A DNA stretch of 64,000 bases. Origin: an uncultured virus (IMG/VR IMGVR_UViG_3300047320_000362). Taxonomy: Duplodnaviria; Heunggongvirae; Uroviricota; Caudoviricetes. The translations under genes were made by a program, and so were the position numbers. Below the pieces are notes generated by a model. It was not told where the DNA came from. It was given only the letters and a program-made list of their open reading frames with translations, and did not search any database. Of this stretch, positions 56,837 to 64,000 are shown in pieces. The DNA is taken from the IMG/VR virus record IMGVR_UViG_3300047320_000362; one strand, given 5' to 3'. Every line of letters starts with the position of its first letter. Within the stretch, counting starts at the first letter, position 1.

Positions 56837-57346
56837 TCAGCTACTAGCCGACATGAACGAGACGTTTGACGCAATGACCAGCGACGAGATCACGAATGAG
56901 AAAGCGGCTACAGTCAGGAAGATGCGGTACTTAGCCGAAGAATGCCTGTATGCGACGAGGACGGCTGGAACCGCGGTGAAATGGGCAAGGATCCATGCCG
57001 TCGGAGTGCTCGTGACCACTCCGTAGCTCGGGTGCGGAATGAACACGGAGGTGCACCAAAGAATTTCAGCCAGGACAGCCGTGACAACTGAGAAGGCGGT
57101 CGCGGTACGCAATCGGTTTCCACCCTCGCCACTGGTCATCTCGACCCGCCGCGCGGCCATGACCGCGTCGTGCTCTCCACTGAGCCAGATCTGGACCTCA
57201 GCCATCAGAGCACCGGCCGTGACGACGCCCACGATGGCGAGGATGAGAACGGCACCGCTCGCAGCGCCGACGTGGAAGAGCACGCAGAGGAAGAGCAACG
57301 CGGTTGCAACCTCAAGCGGATTCCCAAAGACGGATCCGATTTTCAT
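56837..57346 (-). CDS. multi-pass membrane protein
   Basis: About 5 hydrophobic segments; AAAGGA SD. Confidence 0.65.
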   Translation of the reverse strand: MKIGSVFGNPLEVATALLFLCVLFHVGAASGAVLILAIVGVVTAGALMAEVQIWLSGEHDAVMAARRVEMTSGEGGNRLRTATAFSVVTAVLAEILWCTSVFIPHPSYGVVTSTPTAWILAHFTAVPAVLVAYRHSSAKYRIFLTVAAFSFVISSLVIASNVSFMSASS

Positions 57347-57374
57347 GACTTAGTCCTTTCTGCGAATTCGTTGA

Positions 57375-57830
57375 TCAGTGGATGCAGGGCGCGGTAAAGA
57401 AACTGAGATTAGCTTCGAGATAGGCGATGACCTCGCCCAGAAGCTCTCTTGCGAATTTGGGATCACACTCGGCGCCGGACACAGTCTCGTAGCACGCGCG
57501 GCCGTCCCTGACCGCCACGATGACCAACGGCTGTCTTCCGCTGGTGTATGCCGCGAAGAAGCCGTCCACGGCCCCATCCTTGGCGATCCGGTCGAGCGGG
57601 AAGCTCATCTTGCGATCCAGTCCCCACGACGAGCCTCGGCCGCCGGGCCTGGACCAGTTCCGCGGATTGGCCCAGTACATCGCGTCCGCGATTTCGTCGG
57701 CAGTCTTCATCTCGACCCAGACCACGTTCTTCCAGCGGCCGTCTGCAAGCTTGACCGCCAGACCGCCTTCGGGGCGGCGACTTTCGAAGAGTTCGTTCAA
57801 ATGGCCCCAAAGGGCGTTGCTCACAATCAT
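57375..57830 (-). CDS. hypothetical protein
   Basis: GGAGGA SD. Confidence 0.6.
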   Translation of the reverse strand: MIVSNALWGHLNELFESRRPEGGLAVKLADGRWKNVVWVEMKTADEIADAMYWANPRNWSRPGGRGSSWGLDRKMSFPLDRIAKDGAVDGFFAAYTSGRQPLVIVAVRDGRACYETVSGAECDPKFARELLGEVIAYLEANLSFFTAPCIH

Positions 57831-57890
57831 CCTGTCCTCCGTATCGAAACCTCAGGCGACCACTCGATTGGCGGTCGCCTAACAGAGGTC

Positions 57891-59726
57891 TTATTGCAGG
57901 GCTTCCTTCAGGCGCTGGCGGATAGCCTTGAGTTCCTCGGGCGTCGGGGGATCGAGATTGTCGATCACCTTCAGCAGGACATCGTCAGCCGCCGCGCTGC
58001 TTTCGACCACTTCCGCCGGGCCTTCCTTCCCGCTGAAGCGGAGATTGTCGAACTCTGTTGAGAAGACGACGACAGGCTCCTCGTTGTCGGTCGTGAAGCG
58101 GACGCGGTCGCCGATCTTGGTGACGACGATGTCGCCGATCTTCTCCTCGGAGATCTCGATGATCTTGCCGGGGATGGTGTCGAGTGTCAGGTAGAAGCTC
58201 GTGCGCTCGTTCTGCACGACCGAGGTCATCGTCACCACACGCCCCTCGAAGGATTTGCCCAGAGGAGCAGATCCGGCGGAGAAGCCCGCGTCGCGGCCAG
58301 CGCGCTGCATGGAGCGGCTGTAGTCGGTGAGGGCGGCCTGGATCGAGTTGCCTTTGCCGAAGACGTTGCGGTTCGTCTGGGACACGATGGCGAATGCCTT
58401 TCGCGATCCGGCGCCGTCGACGATGATCGAGAAGTATGCGGCCTCCCCGTTGATCGTCAGGAGCACGCAGTCGGCTGCATTGTAGCCCTCGAAGTCCGCA
58501 TAGGCGCCGTTCATCACGGCCTTCGCAGCGGTCTCGGTGATGCCTGCGCGACGGTAGAAGGTGATCTTCCCGGTGCGTGCGTTGGCGGTGTAAAAGCCGG
58601 AGGTCGCGCCCTCGGACTTGTTGTTCTGGAACTGCGTTCCCGAGTAGTAGACGATGTCCTGCGCCGCATCGATTGTCACGTTGATGCCGGGCGTGGAGAC
58701 GATGACGTCGTTGCCCGTGAAGAAGCAGGCGGACCACCCCTGCGACCAGCAGCCCCAGTCGCTGAAGCGCTCGGAGATCATGTCCTGATGGTACAGGCGG
58801 TCGACCCACGCAGGCACGTCGGCGATGTTCGTATAGGTCTGCACGTCGCCGGTCATGGCATTGACGATGGACCAGCTCACAGGCATCTCGCCGCCCATGC
58901 CGACCTGAGGCAGGGACATCGGGACAACCCAATAGGGGTTCCATTCCTCGTCGACCTGGAAGATAGCCTCGCCCATGATCTCGTTCTTGAAGCCGCGGTT
59001 GAACAGATGACGATAGACGTTGTCGTCCGACCATGCGTTCACGCCGATGCGCAGCGGCTTGTCCTGCACGAAGTTGGTGACCATCTCGCTCGTCTGCGAC
59101 ACGGCGATGTAGCCGGGAGTCGTTCCATGCGACTTCCATTTGCCGTAGCCGGAGTGCTCGAGCGGAATGACCCAGTACATGGTGTTGCCGACCTTATTGC
59201 CCCAAGGCTCGCCCATCTCGACACGGGAGCCGAGACCAGTCTCCGTGGCGGAGGCGAGGATTTCGGCAGCGCGCTTGAGCGCAAGCTGATCAGTGACCGT
59301 GCGGGCCTGCGACTGGTCGACTAGCGGAACCGATGCGTCACGCTCCTTGATTTCGGGCGTAACGAGGCGACCGTAGGCTTCGGCATTGAAGATCGGAGCC
59401 GACGTATAGAACCCCACTCCGAAGGTTACGACTGCCGATGCGACGAAGAACATGACGGAAGTCCCTCGCATGTCGCCGAACGGCACGCGAACCAGGATCG
59501 CGATCAGGGCGACGAAGTACGCCTGCACCCACGTGCTGACGAGATATGGGCTGAAGGATGTCATGAACATCCAGGCCAGCAGTGCCGACAGACCGCCGAT
59601 GATCGTCATGGCGCACAAGATGGTTCCGACACCGGTGCGGATAGGGTGGTCGAGAACCCAGACCACAAGGGTGATCACGGCACCAGCCACAAACCAGGCG
59701 GGAACGGTTGAGAACAGCATGCGCAT
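57891..59726 (-). CDS. membrane-anchored extracytoplasmic protein (611 aa) with C-terminal OB-like fold
   Basis: 4 N-terminal TMs; PLEHSG..KW, PYWVVP, PAWVDR motifs; EGRV...FY...TKIGDRV. Confidence 0.75.
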   Translation of the reverse strand: MRMLFSTVPAWFVAGAVITLVVWVLDHPIRTGVGTILCAMTIIGGLSALLAWMFMTSFSPYLVSTWVQAYFVALIAILVRVPFGDMRGTSVMFFVASAVVTFGVGFYTSAPIFNAEAYGRLVTPEIKERDASVPLVDQSQARTVTDQLALKRAAEILASATETGLGSRVEMGEPWGNKVGNTMYWVIPLEHSGYGKWKSHGTTPGYIAVSQTSEMVTNFVQDKPLRIGVNAWSDDNVYRHLFNRGFKNEIMGEAIFQVDEEWNPYWVVPMSLPQVGMGGEMPVSWSIVNAMTGDVQTYTNIADVPAWVDRLYHQDMISERFSDWGCWSQGWSACFFTGNDVIVSTPGINVTIDAAQDIVYYSGTQFQNNKSEGATSGFYTANARTGKITFYRRAGITETAAKAVMNGAYADFEGYNAADCVLLTINGEAAYFSIIVDGAGSRKAFAIVSQTNRNVFGKGNSIQAALTDYSRSMQRAGRDAGFSAGSAPLGKSFEGRVVTMTSVVQNERTSFYLTLDTIPGKIIEISEEKIGDIVVTKIGDRVRFTTDNEEPVVVFSTEFDNLRFSGKEGPAEVVESSAAADDVLLKVIDNLDPPTPEELKAIRQRLKEALQ

Positions 59727-59734
59727 ATCCTTTC

Positions 59735-59830
59735 AAGGATTCATCATGGTGACCTCGTATAGATTGAATCCTTCTCCGTAAAGACCCGGCGGCTCAATCC
59801 ATGCAGGATTCGGCTATGAATTTTGACATT
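59735..59830. promoter_or_regulatory. divergent promoter region with AAGGATTC, GAATCCTT, AGGATTC and TTGACA
   Basis: Motifs at 59735, 59766, 59805, 59823. Confidence 0.55.
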
Positions 59831-59902
59831 GGCCGCTTTGGTCTGTTTACAGATCCGGCACCGCGCGCTACATCGAATGCACGAAAACAAGGTATCCGCG
59901 AC

Positions 59903-60568
59903 ATGTCCACGTACTACAGCTACTACCTCCGCGCTCCTCTGAAGGATCCGTCGATCTCGTCGGTTCAGGAATTCCGCGACATCGCATTCAAGGCGCCAGG
60001 AGAGATCTGCTTCGACATCGAAAGCGGGACGATCCACAACGTGTCAAGCACCCCGTATTTCGGCAAGTCGACGGACTACGAAGGGCCAAGCTTCTCCTTC
60101 GAGGGGATGGACGTAAGCAATGGCGTCCTCAGCATCGGCATCTTCGCGAGCAATCTCGAGCGTTCGGAGAACTACTACGAGGAGGATGGGATCCAGGGAC
60201 CTCAGTACCGTTCGCGTCTCGAAAACCTGATGAGCTACCTGTCCAGCGTGACCACGGGCGGACCCGGCGAGGTGCAGGGATCCTTCGGCAGCGAACACGA
60301 CGACTACATGCACGGACATCCGATCATCCGGTGCGCCGACGGCGGACTGCGCATCCTTCGCACGGATACACAGGACGACTATGACTGGTATCATGGCCCG
60401 GGAGACATCAGGACCGAGACGGAAGGCGTGCTGGCCGTCATCCCCGACCGGATTCCGGCCGACCTCGTCGTCGACTACAAGAACGACGCCTATCTGAACG
60501 ACATTCACGACGAACTGGTCGCGAGGCTGCGCCCGATTGACGGCTCGACGCAGAAGCTCATCGGATGA
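59903..60568 (+). CDS. hypothetical protein
   Basis: ATG 59903 (MSTYYSYY). Confidence 0.7.
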   Translation: MSTYYSYYLRAPLKDPSISSVQEFRDIAFKAPGEICFDIESGTIHNVSSTPYFGKSTDYEGPSFSFEGMDVSNGVLSIGIFASNLERSENYYEEDGIQGPQYRSRLENLMSYLSSVTTGGPGEVQGSFGSEHDDYMHGHPIIRCADGGLRILRTDTQDDYDWYHGPGDIRTETEGVLAVIPDRIPADLVVDYKNDAYLNDIHDELVARLRPIDGSTQKLIG

Positions 60569-61233
60569 CGGCGAAACAAAAGGATCACCTCATGGAATTC
60601 GACAAGAAGGTCCTAGACCGCACGCTTCATGACTGGATGGATGCCGTCAGGACTGCGGTGCACACCATCACGCCCGGCGTGTTCATCGTCGCAGGCATCG
60701 AGCGCCACCGGAAGCTGATCATCGACGCGACCATGTCCATGCTGAAAGAGGCGGGGCCCGTTGATCCAACTGTGATCCCGAGGCATCCGATCGTCCTCCG
60801 CATGAGGCCGTTTGAAGACTTCTATTCGTATAGCCGCCTCTCGGGACTTGAGGAAGCAGAAGAGGCTTTCAGCCTTGCCATCTTCCGCCCGGTGGTGATC
60901 GAGATGCACGTGATGTCGGTTCGAAGCGTCTTTCGACGACTGGCGGGAACCGGAGTTCACGATGCCGATATCGGTCTGATCAAGGGCATTTACAGTCTCA
61001 CTGGCGTACCATCGGCCAACGGCGAGGCGATGGTCAAAGACATCAGATTCTTCGCGAACGAAGCCGAAGTGACGCGCGCTCGAACTGACGAATTCAATAG
61101 CAGCGAAGACCGCTACTTCATTGGCGACAGCCTGCGCAAGATCTCCGGCGAGGGCATTTCCATCGAGGACGTGAAGAACCGCTTTCCGCGCGACACTGTG
61201 GTCGAAAGCGTCCAGTCGCTCTGCGCCGCCTGA
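60565..61233 (+). CDS. hypothetical protein
   Basis: ATGA overlap; directly upstream of dnaG. Confidence 0.65.
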   Translation: MTAKQKDHLMEFDKKVLDRTLHDWMDAVRTAVHTITPGVFIVAGIERHRKLIIDATMSMLKEAGPVDPTVIPRHPIVLRMRPFEDFYSYSRLSGLEEAEEAFSLAIFRPVVIEMHVMSVRSVFRRLAGTGVHDADIGLIKGIYSLTGVPSANGEAMVKDIRFFANEAEVTRARTDEFNSSEDRYFIGDSLRKISGEGISIEDVKNRFPRDTVVESVQSLCAA

Positions 61234-61247
61234 TAAACGAGGCTCAG

Positions 61248-62768
61248 ATGCGCTTTTCCAATGCCTTCCTTGACGAGCTGCGTGAACGCGTTCCGATTTC
61301 GGACGTGATCGGCCGCCGCATGGTCTGGGACGAGCGCCAGACAAACGTCGCGCGCGGCGAATACTGGGGCTGCTGCCCGTTCCATCGCGAGAGGTCTCCA
61401 AGCTTCCACTGCTATATCCGCAAGGGGCGCTATCACTGCTTCGGCTGCGGGCAGAGTGGCGACCACTTCAAGTTCCTGATCGAGCTGGAGGGCCTGAGCT
61501 TTCCTGAGGCCGTGCAGCAGATCGCTGACATGGGCGGTGTCACGCTGCCTGCAGCGGATCCGGTCTCGGAAGAGCGCGAGAAGGAGCGCAAATCGCTTCT
61601 CGATGTCATGGAGCTTGCGACCCGGTTCTTCGAGGAGCGGCTGCTGTCGGTGGATGGTGCCAAGGCGAGGGCCTATCTGCAAGGGCGAGGACTGACAGAG
61701 GATACGATCGAGACGTTCCGGCTGGGCTTCGCTCCGGACAGCCGCAATGCCTTGAAGGAGTTCCTGGCAGGAAAGGGCGTCTCCAGGCAGCAAATCGAAG
61801 CCTGCGGACTTGTCGTGCACGGCCCAGACATTCAGGTTTCCTACGACCGCTTCCGCGACCGGATCATGTTTCCGATCCTGTCGCCACTCGAGAAGGTCAT
61901 CGCATTCGGCGGGAGGGCCATGTCACCCGGCGCATCCCCAAAGTATCTCACCGCCAGCGACACCGAGCTCTTCCGCAAGGGCGACATCCTCTACAACCTC
62001 GCGCGGGCGCGCCGGGCCTCCAATAGCGGGAGGGGGAATGGGGGTGTCGTGGCCGTCGAAGGCTACATGGATGTGATCGCGCTGCATCAGGCGGGCGTCG
62101 AGAATGCCGTGGCACCCCTCGGCACCGCGCTGACCCGCAACCAGCTAAAGCTACTCTGGAGGATTGCTCGGGAGCCGATCCTCTGCTTCGATGGCGACAG
62201 CGCTGGCACCCGGGCCGCGAACCGGGCCGCCGATCTGGCGCTTCCAAGCATCAGGCCGGGCCGCAGCCTTCGCTTCGCCCTTCTTCCCGACGGCAAGGAT
62301 CCTGACGATCTGGTGCGCGAGGAGGGCAGGAGTGCGTTTGACAGCGCGAGGCAGCAGGCCACGGCGCTGTCGGAACTGATCTGGATCCGCGAGATCGGCG
62401 ACGCGCGGTTCGACACGCCAGAGGCCAGAGCCGAACTTGAGGTGCGCCTCAGAGACATCGGGAACGCTATCGCCGATGAAGGCGCGCGCCACCAGTACCA
62501 GCAGGAAATGCGCGACCGCATGAACAGCTTCTTTTCAAGCGCCGATCGATACACCGGTCTTCTTGGCGACGGCCTGGACATAACCGGAAGACAGATCGAG
62601 TACTGGGGAGACATCTGGACGGTCACGGGCAAGAACTACCTCGGTGACTGGGATGTCGAGCGCTTCGAGACGAGGCCCGACGGCAGGTTCAGGATCACGT
62701 CGTCCATCTGCCCGAAAATTCTCCCCGAGACGCACGGGCACTTCGCGCGTCTTGTCAGCCATTCCTGA
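61248..62768 (+). CDS. dnaG: DNA primase DnaG (CHC2 Zn finger + TOPRIM), C-terminus replaced
   Basis: CCPFH..SPSF..HCFGC, YDRFRDRIMFPI, FGGR, VEGYMDV, FDGD.AG, KDPDD. Confidence 0.93.
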   Translation: MRFSNAFLDELRERVPISDVIGRRMVWDERQTNVARGEYWGCCPFHRERSPSFHCYIRKGRYHCFGCGQSGDHFKFLIELEGLSFPEAVQQIADMGGVTLPAADPVSEEREKERKSLLDVMELATRFFEERLLSVDGAKARAYLQGRGLTEDTIETFRLGFAPDSRNALKEFLAGKGVSRQQIEACGLVVHGPDIQVSYDRFRDRIMFPILSPLEKVIAFGGRAMSPGASPKYLTASDTELFRKGDILYNLARARRASNSGRGNGGVVAVEGYMDVIALHQAGVENAVAPLGTALTRNQLKLLWRIAREPILCFDGDSAGTRAANRAADLALPSIRPGRSLRFALLPDGKDPDDLVREEGRSAFDSARQQATALSELIWIREIGDARFDTPEARAELEVRLRDIGNAIADEGARHQYQQEMRDRMNSFFSSADRYTGLLGDGLDITGRQIEYWGDIWTVTGKNYLGDWDVERFETRPDGRFRITSSICPKILPETHGHFARLVSHS

Positions 62769-62781
62769 CGTGATGGAGGTC

Positions 62782-62849
62782 CAAACCTTGGGAGTTGCAT
62801 CTCAAACCTTGGGAGCTGCCTCCAAGGCTTCGGAGGAACTCCCAAGGTT
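62782..62849. repeat. iteron/operator-like repeats AACCTTGGGAG
   Basis: CAAACCTTGGGAG at 62782 and 62803 (21-bp period), degenerate copy at 62823, inverted CTCCCAAGGTT at 62839. Confidence 0.7.
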
Positions 62850-62944
62850 CCATGACAAAACCAGCCACATTGATGCCGGGTGTGGTCGCTTGCCGAGATG
62901 ACACGCAGATTCAGATGAAGTTCAAGCCCGCGGAAGGGGTCGCA

Positions 62945-63202
62945 ATGAGCAACAATCTGAACGCCGCGCTGCAGACGTTGCGCCACATCATGGGTGACGA
63001 ATGCGAAAACTTTACCAGCGGCCTCGGCTCCTGCTATGAAGCCGGCCGTTCCCCGGGGGCCGAATACTCCTCGGATCGATGCTGCGTGAACTGCATCGCC
63101 CACAGGTTCCTGACCTGCGGCGAAGTCCCGCGCGAGGAACGGCACATCGATCTCGAAACGGAAAATTCCTACGGGAAGCCGGCGTTCCTTCTTCCGCGCT
63201 AA
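62945..63202 (+). CDS. small Cys-rich hypothetical protein
   Basis: CENFT...SC...CCVNCIA. Confidence 0.55.
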   Translation: MSNNLNAALQTLRHIMGDECENFTSGLGSCYEAGRSPGAEYSSDRCCVNCIAHRFLTCGEVPREERHIDLETENSYGKPAFLLPR

Positions 63203-63281
63203 CCCCGTCTTTCCGTGTTCTAACCCGCATTGATCCAATCCCCGCCCGCATCGATCATTGTTGTGCAATGACGGGAGATGC

Positions 63282-64000
63282 ATGTTGAGCAAGGATAACG
63301 TGATCATAGTGGGGGATCTTTCCCTGGAGCCTTCGAGCTACACTTCGGAGCGGTCGGAGAGGGCCATGCCCGGCACCGCCGCAATCAAGCAGGTTCTCAC
63401 CCTGATCCAGCCGCCGGCACCGCCGGAGAACCCCGTCCCGGAAGATGATCGCGACTACGGGCCGGATCCAGTCGCCGAATATGTGCTCCGGTTCGACGCG
63501 CCGAGCACGTTCTCGTGCTCAGAGATGTCCGAGGCCCTCCTGACGATAAAATGGCCGACACCCCTTGAGAGACCCTGTTACTACGTCGTGACTCCCTCCG
63601 GCCAGACGACGTACCTCATGTCAATCGACGCCCCGACGGAAGGAGTGGCGATCGTGGCGGGCTGGAGCCTCAGGGATCTGGATCCGGCGGAATTCATTGC
63701 GGCTTCGGCGGAGAAGCTTGCAAGATGGCTGTCGAAGCGCAGGTTCGGCTTCAACGCCGCATCCGAGATCTCCCTAACCGACATTGAGACGCAGGTCGAC
63801 CGCGCCGCGGAGATCCAGGTCGTCGCTCCAGAACGTGTCGAATGCCTGGTCTACCTCGACAAGACGGAAGACATGCTCGACGGAAAGCGCGTCTGGAACC
63901 TGCTGCATTCCATGGGCTTTACCTGGGGCGACATGGACTGTTTCCAGTGGGCGGACGAGACCGGTCAGTCCGACTACCTCATCTGGGTCGAGGTCTATGA
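63282..64000 (+). CDS. ZipA C-terminal (FtsZ-binding)-like domain protein, partial (runs off the window)
   Basis: Open from ATG 63282 by manual translation; LDGKRVWNLLHSMGFTWGDMDCFQW resembles the ZipA_C G..FG.M.IF motif. Confidence 0.55.
   Translation, partial: MLSKDNVIIVGDLSLEPSSYTSERSERAMPGTAAIKQVLTLIQPPAPPENPVPEDDRDYGPDPVAEYVLRFDAPSTFSCSEMSEALLTIKWPTPLERPCYYVVTPSGQTTYLMSIDAPTEGVAIVAGWSLRDLDPAEFIAASAEKLARWLSKRRFGFNAASEISLTDIETQVDRAAEIQVVAPERVECLVYLDKTEDMLDGKRVWNLLHSMGFTWGDMDCFQWADETGQSDYLIWVEVY

Noticed and set aside
30246..62768. rpoD plus dnaG as evidence of the core chromosomal macromolecular synthesis locus
   Set aside because: The genes are 29 kb apart, dnaG lacks its normal C-terminus and the neighbours are accessory ORFs
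62782..62849. Repeats as a mini CRISPR array
   Set aside because: 13-bp units with 8-bp gaps and an inverted copy do not fit CRISPR geometry
1..64000. tRNA, rRNA or tmRNA genes
   Set aside because: No cloverleaf with a T-loop GTTCRA in proper context and no rRNA-like conserved blocks seen by eye; tRNAscan/Infernal would be decisive

Overview
This GC-rich window looks like part of a very large accessory replicon (megaplasmid, ICE or phage-plasmid) from the Rhizobiaceae rather than a core chromosome. It has about 90 mostly short, phage-like hypothetical ORFs in alternating blocks, and no capsid/tail genes, rRNA, tRNA or CRISPR array were recognised. Mobility and maintenance genes include Dot/Icm type IVB components (DotM/IcmP and a short DotH/IcmK-like protein), a ParR/StbB-like partition adaptor and a deletion-disrupted TnpB. 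Scattered host-like paralogs include full-length RpoD, a DnaG with a replaced C-terminus, peptide deformylase, an isocitrate/isopropylmalate dehydrogenase, the ATPase zeta inhibitor, RlpA, a CobT-like vWA protein, a PilZ-like protein and a ZipA-C-like protein. Conflict-related genes include an Acb1-like 2H phosphodiesterase next to a SLOG protein, an MNT-HEPN pair, an ART-like protein and a NUDIX protein. Three structures are visible directly in the DNA. (1) An intergenic signature (AAGGATTC/GAATCCTT, about 20 copies, paired with TGTTGACA -35 boxes) suggests an element-specific regulon, possibly involving the element's own sigma70. (2) A 1480-bp transposase-free element with repeated end sites and a 5-bp TSD splits a gene in frame. 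(3) A ~170-nt highly structured leader with a kissing-loop and RBS-sequestering helix precedes a Glyoxalase_8-like-domain gene. All family calls come from motif recognition by eye; no database searches were run.
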